A stretch of DNA of 64,000 nucleotides from Tepidisphaera sp. (GTDB taxonomy: Bacteria; Planctomycetota; Phycisphaerae; Phycisphaerales; UBA1924). The stretch lies in assembly GCA_050916045.1 (NCBI GenBank), contig CP051526.1, positions 384,001 to 448,000 on the forward strand, written 5' to 3'. The notes beneath the pieces are model-generated. The model searched no databases and had not been told where the DNA came from. It was given only the letters and a program-made list of their open reading frames with translations. Position numbers and translations under genes: made by a program. Position 1 is the first letter of the stretch, and every line of letters starts with the position of its first letter. Shown here in pieces: positions 8,984 to 18,175 of this stretch.

Positions 8984-9934
8984 CTAGCGGTTCAGGCGGT
9001 CGGCGAAGAACCCGCCGAGGGACCGCTGGCTGAGTTCGGGGAGAGCGGGCTTGTCCTTGCTGGCGAAGAAGCCCTTGACGATGTGGACGATCGCCCGGGC
9101 CCGCTCGCTCACGGTGAGTGGGGGCGTGAGGCCGTTGGGCCGCAGGAGCAGGGCCGTGAGGTCGTCGTTGATGACGGCTTGCAAGCGGGCGAATTCGGCG
9201 AGAAGGGACGGGATGAGGGTCTGCGGGTCGGCGATACCGACGCGGTTGAGAGCCTCGACGAGGCCGGCTTCGCCCAGAAGCTTGCCGGTGGGGAGCCGGG
9301 CTTCCACCAGCGAGTCGGTATAGAGGAGGACGAGGTCGCCGGGCTTGAGGTCGACCTCGATCTGGCGGTAGGTGGTGGAGTCGAGGACGCCCAGGGGGAC
9401 GTCGACGGGGTCGTCGCTTTCGACGCGATGGGCGGCGGGGACGAGCACGTCCCAGCGGCCGGTGCGGGCGCGGTACCAGATGGGCCGCGGGTGGCCGGCG
9501 TTGCACATCGTGAGCGTGTTGGTGGGGCCCCAGAAGGTGCCGAGAATCGCGGTCGCGAACCGCCCGGAGGTCTCCTGGCGGCTGAACTCGTGGTTGAGGA
9601 ACTGCACGGCACGACGCTGGTCGACCTGGTTGATGAACTTGCGCATCAGCGTGCGGAGGGAGGTGGCGGTGGCGCTCGCGGATTGGCCGTGGCCCGAAAC
9701 GTCGGCGATCATGAGGCGCGTGATCCGCCCCGTGGCGCACGAGGAGAGGTAGTGCACATCGCCCCCCGAAGCGTCGCCCATGTGCGGCCGGGCGATGACC
9801 CACGCGTCCAGGCCCGGCATCGTCACTCCGTTGTCGACGGCTTGATTGCCGCCCCAGACCTCCATGCACTGCAGGTGGACCGGCTGCCGGGCGGGCGGTG
9901 AAGCGGGCGAACTGGAAGCGGTGGAGGACGTCAT
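8984..9934 (-). CDS. SpoIIE/RsbU-type PP2C phosphatase without sensor domain
   Basis: SGGD, IADVSGHG, CNAGHP, LYTDSLVE, DDLT motifs; start uncertain (9982/9934/9865). Confidence 0.85.
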   Translation of the reverse strand: MTSSTASSSPASPPARQPVHLQCMEVWGGNQAVDNGVTMPGLDAWVIARPHMGDASGGDVHYLSSCATGRITRLMIADVSGHGQSASATATSLRTLMRKFINQVDQRRAVQFLNHEFSRQETSGRFATAILGTFWGPTNTLTMCNAGHPRPIWYRARTGRWDVLVPAAHRVESDDPVDVPLGVLDSTTYRQIEVDLKPGDLVLLYTDSLVEARLPTGKLLGEAGLVEALNRVGIADPQTLIPSLLAEFARLQAVINDDLTALLLRPNGLTPPLTVSERARAIVHIVKGFFASKDKPALPELSQRSLGGFFADRLNR

Positions 9935-9990
9935 GCCGTTCCTTCGATGCCGAAACCCGCCGGATGTCACTCCGGACGTCACGGCGGACG

Positions 9991-12036
9991 TTATTTGGCC
10001 GGGGTCAGGACCACCGCATCAAGACCGAAGAACGTCCCCGGACGCTGGGCGGCCGCGTTCTTGCCGACTAGCGTGCTGCGGAGGAGGATGAAGCCGTCCT
10101 TACTTTCGGCGACGCCGAGCTCGATGGGGCCGGTGGGGCCGATCACCATCTCGCCGCCCGAATAGAAATCGACCGGCTTGCCCACGTCGGTCCCGTTGAG
10201 GGCGAACTGGACGGTCGCGTAGTCCCAGGAGCGGGTGGCGTGAAGCACGACGGTGTGCTTGCCCGCGGGAGCGGGGACCTTGAGCTCGATGAACTCGCCG
10301 ACCGCGGTTCCGCGGCACCAGAGGTGGGCGTTGTTGCTCCAGCGGCTGACCCCAAACCGGTCCAGGGGCTGTTCGCTGACGGTGAGACTGCCGGATTTCT
10401 CGGAGACGGTGAGCGTCTCGCACTCGATCGCGCCCGGCATGGTGAAGACGGGCGGGAGGGGCGGCGGCTGAGGCACGGGGGCTTTCGCGCCGGCTTCGTC
10501 GGGGGTTCGGTTGGTGGTAAAGCCGGGGCGGGCGTAGAAGTAGGACGTGGTCGCGTAGGCGACCTCGCACTTGATCCAGTGCCAGACCTCGATGTTCATG
10601 TCGAGGCCGGAGTTGAACGGGATCGCGTCCAGAGCACGGACGCGGGTGACGCAGGAGTAGCCGTAGTTGCTCCGGCCGTTGCCGTCGCAGCGGACCTGTG
10701 AGACGAACGGCGTGTTGAAGATGCGCGAGTCGCACCAGCCGTACCCGTAGTAGTCCTCGGTGCCGGTGCCGAAGTGCGAGGGGAACTTCTCGCCGTCGAC
10801 GTAGATCTTCTCATCGCCCTCGCCCCACCAATCCAGCACGGGGTTCATGATCGCCAGGTTGTCGCCGACGTAGACGCCCTTGCCCGCGATCGTGACATAG
10901 TTCCAGTCGAGCGAGCCGGCGGCTTGGACGGTCGGGATGCCGTTCTGCGTGCGCCAGACGGCGGCGAAGTGCATGGAACGGTCGTCGAAGCGCCAGGGGG
11001 CGAGGCTCGCGGTCGCGCCGAGCTTGATCGGCTCATCGCCGAGGTTCTTGAAGGTGATGCTCGCGGCCTTCGCGAAGGGCATGACGAACCGGCTGGTCAT
11101 CAGCCCTTCCGTGGTGACCGAGCGGTACCGGTCGGTGTAGACGTTGAGGCCCACACCGGAGCCGAAGAAGTCCGCGAGGGGGCACCAGATGGTCTGCTGC
11201 CCGTCAAACTCGCCGATGATGACCGTCGAACGCAGCGCCTGCTCGATGTTCTTCGCATCCACAAGCACGGCGAGGCCATCGATCGCCTGGCCCGGGCTTC
11301 CCGCGGCGGAGAAGGTCAGCGTCTGCGTGGACCCCGGCGCGATCTCGGTCGGGTCCGCGGGCGCGATCGGAGCGGTGGACTTCCCCAAGAGCGCATCCCG
11401 CGCGAGCGCAAGCGTGTCCGCGTGATCGCGGAGGATGCTCGCGGAAAGGGTCTCGACCTTGGTGCTCGCGTCGTACGTCCGGTAGTTGATGTGGTAGTAG
11501 ATCGGGCCTTCGTCGGTCGTCACCTTGCAGGAGGTCTGGTACGGGATGGGGAGGTAGAGGTTCCAGCCGCGCGAACGCGAGGTCGCGATCGGCTCCTCGA
11601 TCTTGACGCGGCCGATCGCGGACTTCCCCTCGAGAAGCTCCTGCATGCGCGTCTCGATCACCGGCTTGGGGTCGCCGTCGAGATAGATGCGGAGCGTGCC
11701 CTTGGGATTGGGCGTCCAGATCCGGACGATCGCGCCGGGGCCGCTCATCTCCGCCATCACGTTCTCGGTGCGGCCCTGCGTCTGTTCGCTCCTGAGGTAC
11801 TGGCCCTGGTCGTCGTTCGCGAACCACGTCGCCGGATTGTCCTTGGACGTCGAAGCCCGGTCGTAGCTTGAGAACTGCTTGCACGTGTACGCGGGGATCG
11901 GGAAGCGGGCGACCGCGCCGCGATCGGTCATCTCGGTGAGGAGGGATTCGAGCGTCACTTGGGCCCGTGCGGTGACCGAAACCAGAGCGGGTACGACCAG
12001 GACGGCCAGCGCCACAAACCGATGGAAAGCGTTCAT
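9991..12036 (-). CDS. Secreted DUF2961 (GH172-like) glycoside hydrolase with C-terminal beta-sandwich
   Basis: Signal peptide, SSYDR, GPGAIVRIW, WWGEGDEKIYVDGE, GTGTEDYYG, DAIPF. Confidence 0.85.
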   Translation of the reverse strand: MNAFHRFVALAVLVVPALVSVTARAQVTLESLLTEMTDRGAVARFPIPAYTCKQFSSYDRASTSKDNPATWFANDDQGQYLRSEQTQGRTENVMAEMSGPGAIVRIWTPNPKGTLRIYLDGDPKPVIETRMQELLEGKSAIGRVKIEEPIATSRSRGWNLYLPIPYQTSCKVTTDEGPIYYHINYRTYDASTKVETLSASILRDHADTLALARDALLGKSTAPIAPADPTEIAPGSTQTLTFSAAGSPGQAIDGLAVLVDAKNIEQALRSTVIIGEFDGQQTIWCPLADFFGSGVGLNVYTDRYRSVTTEGLMTSRFVMPFAKAASITFKNLGDEPIKLGATASLAPWRFDDRSMHFAAVWRTQNGIPTVQAAGSLDWNYVTIAGKGVYVGDNLAIMNPVLDWWGEGDEKIYVDGEKFPSHFGTGTEDYYGYGWCDSRIFNTPFVSQVRCDGNGRSNYGYSCVTRVRALDAIPFNSGLDMNIEVWHWIKCEVAYATTSYFYARPGFTTNRTPDEAGAKAPVPQPPPLPPVFTMPGAIECETLTVSEKSGSLTVSEQPLDRFGVSRWSNNAHLWCRGTAVGEFIELKVPAPAGKHTVVLHATRSWDYATVQFALNGTDVGKPVDFYSGGEMVIGPTGPIELGVAESKDGFILLRSTLVGKNAAAQRPGTFFGLDAVVLTPAK

Positions 12037-12055
12037 GATCCTGAGCGTATCGGAT

Positions 12056-12676
12056 TCAGTCCTGATCGGCTTTGGGCGAACCGGGGGCTTTGGCCAAGGC
12101 GGCGGCTTTGGGAGGGCAGGGCCGGTCGAACGGGATGAGTTCGGGGGGGAGATCCTGCAGGCCGCGGCGACGGGCTTTGTCGATGGCGTACTTCAGCGAC
12201 CGGTGCATCCGCCGCCGGACGGAATCGGTGATGTTGAGGCCGAGGCGCTCCATTTCGCGGATCGCGAACGCCCAGGCGTGATACTCCTCCAGGCACCTCG
12301 GCTTGTACACGTTGAACCCGATTGCGTGGTGACCCACCTCGTGGAGGAAGATCGCCGCCGACATCGGGCCCGTCGGTCGCGGCGATTCAAGGGTGCGGAC
12401 GATCGACCCATCCCTGAAGGTGGTGAGGCGAGCGATCCCGGAGGAGTTCTTCCGCCACTTGCGGACCTTGATGCCGTACGCCGCGAGCATCGACCGGGTC
12501 ATCGCGTCGTAGCGTTCCTGCGCCGGTGAGCGGCGCGGCTGCGTTTCTTCCTTCGGCTTGCGGCGGGGCTTCTCGGCCGCTTGGCGGACCGGCGCGACCG
12601 GGCCTGGCCGGGCCGGGGTCGCCGGCTTCCTCAGCAGGTTCGCGATCGGTGCCAGCATGTCCCAAAGCGTCGTCAC
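12056..12676 (-). CDS. Small zincin-motif protein (HEXXH...E)
   Basis: IFLHEVGHH and LEEYHAWAFA; GTG start overlaps fmt stop (GTGA). Confidence 0.7.
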   Translation of the reverse strand: MTTLWDMLAPIANLLRKPATPARPGPVAPVRQAAEKPRRKPKEETQPRRSPAQERYDAMTRSMLAAYGIKVRKWRKNSSGIARLTTFRDGSIVRTLESPRPTGPMSAAIFLHEVGHHAIGFNVYKPRCLEEYHAWAFAIREMERLGLNITDSVRRRMHRSLKYAIDKARRRGLQDLPPELIPFDRPCPPKAAALAKAPGSPKADQD

Positions 12677-13656
12677 GCGGTCGTCGCTCCTGCCGGTCCG
12701 CTTGCCGTGCCCGGCGGCGGCCCGAGCACTTCTTGGGAACGCACCTGATGCCCGTTCGCGAAATCACGCCAAAGCATCACCCGCTTGCCCGCCGGCTGGA
12801 CCTCAAGCAGTTGCAGCTGTCCCTCGCCGCACGCGACAAGCCCCTGCCCGACATCGACAATCGCTCCCGGCGTGCCGCCCAGGCCCGCCACCGACCCCGC
12901 CACAACTCCCGCTCGAAGCACCTTGAGCGGCTGGCTTCGGAACCCGACCGTCACACCGGGCCACGGCGACAAGCCATTCACCTTGCGGCGACACTCCTCG
13001 GCGGATGCGGCAAAGTCGATCACCGCCATCGCGCGGTTGAGCTTGGGAGCCCGCGTCTTCAGCGATTCATCCTGCGCCCCCCCGGTCGCCGTGCCCCGCC
13101 CGATCGCTTCCACGACGCCAAGCACAAGCTCCGGCCCATCACTCGAAAGCAGATCGTGAAGCTCACCCGCCGTCTGCGTCGGCAGGATCGGCCGCCGAGA
13201 AGTCGCGTAGATCAACCCCGCATCCATCCGCGCCGCGATCGAGATCACGCTGTTGCCCGTCGTCGTGTCCCCACCGAGAATCGCCCAGTTGATCGGGGCC
13301 GCGCCGCGCCACCGCGGCAGGAGCGACGCATGCAGGTTGATGGCCGTGCCGACGCGGGCGGGGTCGACAAGCTCGGGGCTGAGCTTTTGGCCAAATGCGA
13401 TGACGACCATCGCTTGCGGCTTCCACGCATGGATCTCAGCGGTGACGGCCGGCTGATTCACATCCTCGGGCTTGATGATCGGTGTTCCCGCGCTGTGCTC
13501 ATGCACCCACGCGGCGATCGGCGTCGGGGTCAGAGCCACCCCGCGCCCGGCGGGCCGGTCCGGCTGGGAAACGACGCCGACGACCTCGTGTCGCTCGAAG
13601 AGAGCTTTGAGCGTCGGCAGCCCGAACTCGCCGGAACCCAGAAACGCGATCCGCAT
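12673..13656 (-). CDS. fmt: Methionyl-tRNA formyltransferase
   Basis: MRIAFLGSGEFG, SQPDRPAGRG, INLHASLLPRWRGAAPINWAI, MDAG, LSPWPG, VQPAGKR. Confidence 0.95.
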   Translation of the reverse strand: MRIAFLGSGEFGLPTLKALFERHEVVGVVSQPDRPAGRGVALTPTPIAAWVHEHSAGTPIIKPEDVNQPAVTAEIHAWKPQAMVVIAFGQKLSPELVDPARVGTAINLHASLLPRWRGAAPINWAILGGDTTTGNSVISIAARMDAGLIYATSRRPILPTQTAGELHDLLSSDGPELVLGVVEAIGRGTATGGAQDESLKTRAPKLNRAMAVIDFAASAEECRRKVNGLSPWPGVTVGFRSQPLKVLRAGVVAGSVAGLGGTPGAIVDVGQGLVACGEGQLQLLEVQPAGKRVMLWRDFANGHQVRSQEVLGPPPGTASGPAGATTA

Positions 13657-13705
13657 GCCTGAGGATAGCAGGATGCCTTGTGATTGACGGGCACTACGAT
13701 GCAAG

Positions 13706-14530
13706 ATGTCGGCCTCGGATGCGACCAAACCCGTGCCTTCGCTCTGGCGATTCGGGCCGGCCGGGATGCTCGCGGTTGTGATCGGAACGGTGCTGCTTCT
13801 CGCGCGATGGGCGGGGCTTGATCCGTTCTTTGCGTGTCTGGAATGGCTGGTCGAAACGCTCAGTCCGGGCGGGGCGATGACGATTGTCACCGGCCTTTAT
13901 GCGTGGTTCGGGCTGATGTGGGACTGGCGTGAGGTCGGGGCGCCGCTGATCGAGCCGAACCTCTGGGTCGCGAGCGGGTTCGCCATTGCGATGACCATCG
14001 CGGGAACGCCCAAGCGATGGCTTTGGATGGCCATGATCCTCGTGGTCGGCGGGTCTTTCGCCGGTTTGCCATTTCTATGGAGCGGTCTGGTTCAACTCCT
14101 TCGAGACTACGCGGGCTCGAGCGCCGTGCTTGTACTGGGCGTTTGGGTGGAACTCGGACTGGTTTCTCAGGTCGTGATGGTCGCAATGGCGACCCGCGAC
14201 CGGAGGTTGGCGGTGCCGCTGGCTTTCGTCCTTGTCGCCGCGTTGACGTCGCGTTTGTGGCTGATCGACGCGGTGCTGAAGCAAATCAGTTCGGACTGGG
14301 CCTTGCCGGCCCTGCTCTGGTGCTGGTATGCGGGCTTGTACGCGGTCCTTCTCCACTGGAGCGTGACCGAACGGCGTCGGATCATCGCCGTGGCCAAAGG
14401 CAACATCTGCGAGCGGTGCTCCTACGACCTCTCGGCGACGACCGGAAACCTGTGCCCCGAGTGCGGCGGAACCCGGGAACCCGCACCCGCCACCGCGCCG
14501 GTTTCGGAATCTCCCACGTCCGCCGCCTAG
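13706..14530 (+). CDS. Multi-pass membrane protein with C-terminal zinc ribbon
   Basis: Several hydrophobic segments then CERCSYDL...CPECG. Confidence 0.75.
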   Translation: MSASDATKPVPSLWRFGPAGMLAVVIGTVLLLARWAGLDPFFACLEWLVETLSPGGAMTIVTGLYAWFGLMWDWREVGAPLIEPNLWVASGFAIAMTIAGTPKRWLWMAMILVVGGSFAGLPFLWSGLVQLLRDYAGSSAVLVLGVWVELGLVSQVVMVAMATRDRRLAVPLAFVLVAALTSRLWLIDAVLKQISSDWALPALLWCWYAGLYAVLLHWSVTERRRIIAVAKGNICERCSYDLSATTGNLCPECGGTREPAPATAPVSESPTSAA

Positions 14531-14539
14531 GGTTGCTCG

Positions 14540-15379
14540 ATGTCGAAACTGACCAAACCGGAGGACATCGAATCCGCGGCGAAAGCCGCTGAGTGCGTCG
14601 TCGAGACGCACCGGCGCGTCGCCGCTTTCCTCCGCCACGGCATGACCCTCCCGCAGGTCGATGAGTTCGTCGCCAAGACCCTCGCCGATCTCGGGTGCAC
14701 CTCCTGCTTCTTCGGGTACGCGCCGGACCGAAGCCATGTTCCCTTCCCCTCCAACGCGTGCTTGTCCGTCAACCAGTGCGTCGTCCACGGCACCCGCGGG
14801 TACTACACCGACAAGCTCAAAGCCGGCGACGTGCTCAAGGTCGACATCGGCGTCTTCCACAAGGGCTGGGTCGGCGATGCCGCGTGGACCTACTCGATCG
14901 GCGAACCGACGCCCGTCATCCGCAAGCTCATGGACTGCGGCAAAGAAAGCTTGCGCCGTGGCGTGCAAGCTCTCACCCCCACCAACCAGTGGATCGAATG
15001 GGCCCGCGCGGTGCAGGGACACGTCGAGCACGAGTGCGGATTCCATCTCATCCGCGGCTTGGGCGGCCACGGCATCGGGTTCAAACAGCTCCACGGCCCG
15101 CCCTTTGTCTCCAACACCGTCCCGGTCCACGCGAACGAATGGCGAGAAGCGTTCGAGAAGTGCCCGGTCGGCACGCTTGTCGCGGTGGAACCGATGATCG
15201 CGGTCGGCACCGGGCGGACGTACACGAACATGGTCGACAAGAAGCGGCACGACTGGCCGGTCTTCACCGCCGACGGATCGATGAGCGTTCACTACGAGCA
15301 CGATGTGCTCATCACCGCCGAGGGGCCCCGAGTCCTGACGGCCGGGCTTGAGCAGCTCGACGATGTGATTCGATCTTGA
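14540..15379 (+). CDS. map: Type I methionine aminopeptidase
   Basis: CLSVNQCVVHG, DVLKVDIGV...GDAAWT, GGHGIG...LH, AVEPMI, SVHYEHDV. Confidence 0.93.
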   Translation: MSKLTKPEDIESAAKAAECVVETHRRVAAFLRHGMTLPQVDEFVAKTLADLGCTSCFFGYAPDRSHVPFPSNACLSVNQCVVHGTRGYYTDKLKAGDVLKVDIGVFHKGWVGDAAWTYSIGEPTPVIRKLMDCGKESLRRGVQALTPTNQWIEWARAVQGHVEHECGFHLIRGLGGHGIGFKQLHGPPFVSNTVPVHANEWREAFEKCPVGTLVAVEPMIAVGTGRTYTNMVDKKRHDWPVFTADGSMSVHYEHDVLITAEGPRVLTAGLEQLDDVIRS

Positions 15380-15545
15380 GGCAGGATTCGGACGGATTCT
15401 GTTCGGAGCAGGCTCCCCAAATCTTACATTTTTCGCAATTCCGCCGGAATTGTCACCTTTGACGCGCCGTTTCGACGCTTACTGAGGTGGGGGGCGTTGG
15501 GTCTTGGAGGAGAGCCGCGGACGCATCGCGGGCGGGGGCATCAGT

Positions 15546-15587
15546 GAGGGGGCCGAACCTGGGAGGGGACGGCCCCTTTGCGTTTTT
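15546..15587 (+). terminator. Intrinsic terminator-like hairpin between map and trpA
   Basis: GGGGCCG...CGGCCCC stem followed by TTTGCGTTTTT. Confidence 0.6.
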
Positions 15588-15660
15588 CGCCGCTTCGTCC
15601 GGCCCGGCAGGGGCTTGAGCGCATCCCGGGCAGTTTCCCGCGACGCCTACGGTTCGCCGC

Positions 15661-16467
15661 ATGTCACGCGTCGACGACATCTTCTCCGACCTGCGTTCCC
15701 GCGGGATGAAAGCTCTGATGCCCTTCATCTGCGGCGGGTTCCCCAAACCCGGTTCCACCGGCGAGCTGCTCCGGTCGATGGAGCGCGGCGGTGCCCGCAT
15801 CGTCGAGGTCGGCATTCCGTTCTCGGACCCTATCGCTGACGGTCCGGTGATCGCCGCAGCGATGCACCAGGCGCTCGTCGCCGGCGCCACACCGAGGTCC
15901 GTGTTCGATGAGGTGGCCGCGACGCGGAATCAGCTTGAGGTCGGCCTGGTCGCCATGGTGAGCGCCTCCATCGCGTACAAGTGGCCTGGCGGCGCTTCGG
16001 GCTTCATCGGGTCGGCGTCCGAAGCCGGTTTCGACGGCTTCATCTTCCCGGACGCTCCGCTTGAGGAGTCCGGCCCGCTCATCAAAGCCGCCAAGGAAGC
16101 CCAGAAGTCGCTCGCGCTGCTGGTCGCCACGACCACGCCCCCCGAGCGCGCCAAAGCCATCGCCGAAGCGAGCTCCGGCTTCGTGTACCTGCTCGCAAGG
16201 TCGGGCATCACCGGCGAGTCGAACAAGGCGCCGGTGGTCGGGCCTGCGGTCGCCCGCCTGCGTGAATGCACCCAGCTCCCCATCGCGTGCGGGTTCGGCA
16301 TCTCGAACGCTGAGCACGTCCGGGCGGTGGTGGGGACTGGCAAAGCCGACGCCGCCATCGTCGGATCCGGCGTCGTGCGCCGCATCGCCGACGCGGTCAA
16401 GGAAGGCCGCGACCACATCGTGCCCACCGAGAGCTTCGTCCGAAGCTTGGTCGGCGGATTGGGCTGA
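15661..16467 (+). CDS. trpA: Tryptophan synthase alpha chain
   Basis: VEVGIPFSDPIADGPVI, GFVYLLARSGITG, PIACGFGIS, ADAAIVGS. Confidence 0.95.
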   Translation: MSRVDDIFSDLRSRGMKALMPFICGGFPKPGSTGELLRSMERGGARIVEVGIPFSDPIADGPVIAAAMHQALVAGATPRSVFDEVAATRNQLEVGLVAMVSASIAYKWPGGASGFIGSASEAGFDGFIFPDAPLEESGPLIKAAKEAQKSLALLVATTTPPERAKAIAEASSGFVYLLARSGITGESNKAPVVGPAVARLRECTQLPIACGFGISNAEHVRAVVGTGKADAAIVGSGVVRRIADAVKEGRDHIVPTESFVRSLVGGLG

Positions 16468-16470
16468 AGT

Positions 16471-18057
16471 CTAACAGCCGGTCTCATGCGCGGCGACGAA
16501 CGCGTCGTAGTCAAAGAAATCCAAGAATCCGTCGCGGTTGAAGTCCGCCGCGATGTCGCCGATTTCGTACGCGATGACGAACGCGTCATAGTCGAAGAAA
16601 TCGAGAAAGCCGTCCGCATTGAAGTCCGGAGCGCAGTTCGGCAGCGAGAAGGTGATCTCGAGCATCGGGCGGTCGGCGGTGGCCGGCGCTTCGCTCGACG
16701 CCGGATACCACGCGTCCGTGCTTGCGGTGACGAGCGCCCAGCCCCAAGCTGCGGCTTGCGGGTCGGCGGCGTTCAGCCACGATTCGATGGTCGTGGTCAC
16801 ATCGAAGATCGCGACCGCGTCGTCGATGTTGGGCGAAAGGGTGAATTCCGCGTTTATCGCAGCTTCCGCATCGTCGAGAGAGATGCCGCCGTTCAAGGAA
16901 CCCCACGTTGCCGAGTCGTCCCAGGGAACGAGCATGCGGTGGAGCAAGACCCGGCCCGTGGACTGATTGGCTTTGCCGAACGGGGTGAGGATCGAGAGCT
17001 TCGCGGAGTGGATGACCGCGTGCGGCGGCACCCGGCCGGGTTCTGCGCCGAAGATGTCGTCAAAGCGGATCAGAGCCTGGCTCGTGGGAGATCCGAGCAC
17101 GGTCAGGCCGGCCGCACCGGCGTGCGAAGCCTGCGGCGAGGCGGCTTCGATGAAGGTGTCGGAGGCGCCCTGATACCCCATCTCGCCCTGACGGAAGGTC
17201 GCCGTGGTGACCGCAGGGTCGTCCGCGAACATGCCCACGATGCGACGCACGCGAGCCGCTTGCCCCGGCGGCGCGGCGTCGCACAGTTCGGCGAGCGTGC
17301 GCGTCAGGTTGTGAAGCGTCCAGGTGGAGTTCACATCTCCGGGTGTGATCATCGGGCCGACCAGAAGCGTAGGGATCCGGTTGCGGTCGTGGTCCGAATC
17401 CTCGTCGAACGTGATCACCAGCAGCGAGTTGTTGGCGAACGCCCACTGGACGTACCCGTCGAGCGTGCTTTGAAGCCACGCGTCGCCCTCGGCGATCGTC
17501 CCGTCGTGCATGTCGTTGAAGATGTGCGGGATGATGATGCTGAGCTTGGGAAGCTGCGAGTAATCCGTCGGGAACGCTTCGAACGGCTGGTTGGAGGTTC
17601 ACGGAAGCTGGTTGGACCCCGCGGGAGGAACGGGCGCGACCGATTGCCAGTTCACCCACGGATTGTGACGGCGCACGTAGTACTCGTACGCCCAGATCAG
17701 CGATCCCATCGCGGGGAGATTCTCCGAGTACCCGATGAACGTGTGGCCCGCGTGGAAGACGGCAGAGCCCAGGTTCGGCGTCGAGAACGGCGAGTTCGTC
17801 GCTTGGTTGTTGTTCACGATCCCCTGGTTGTCGCCGCCGAAGAACTCGAGGTAGTTCGGCTGGCTCGGATGCGTGATGGCGTAGAAGCGGGTGAAGTTCG
17901 CGCCCCGCGCCGCCAAGCTGTTGAAGTACGGCGCTTCCGGATTGCCGAGTACCTGCGAATAGCCTTGATTCTCCTCGATGACGACCACGATCTTGTTCGG
18001 TGGGTCGGCCAGCGCCGCGGAAGCGGCGACCATGACGGCGGCGGAGGAAAGGAGCAT
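16471..18057 (-). pseudogene. Secreted acid phosphatase (phosphoesterase family) + DNRLRE-like domain + Gly-Cys dockerin tail, interrupted by one in-frame TGA at 17599-17601
   Basis: ORFs 17599..18555 and 16471..17511 share a frame; read-through gives IEEN, THPSQPNY, RHNPW, [TGA], NDMHDG, ITFDE and tail ...FVAAHETGC; start 18057 (or TTG 18093). Confidence 0.8.
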
Positions 18058-18175
18058 CCGCCGCAGTTTATCGACGAGGCCGTCGGGCCGCAAGGACCTT
18101 CCGCGGCCGGCTGCCTCCGGGAACGGAAAACCCGCGGCCGACGGGCAGCGGGCTTGGCGTGTTGCGAGAAGAGAC

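Noticed and set aside
15487..15618. Trp attenuator leader peptide before trpA
   Set aside because: The only candidate short ORF has one Trp codon and no clear RBS
17599..17601. Genome-wide TGA recoding
   Set aside because: TGA ends many clear genes here (map, trpA, gatB, rplJ, rplL)
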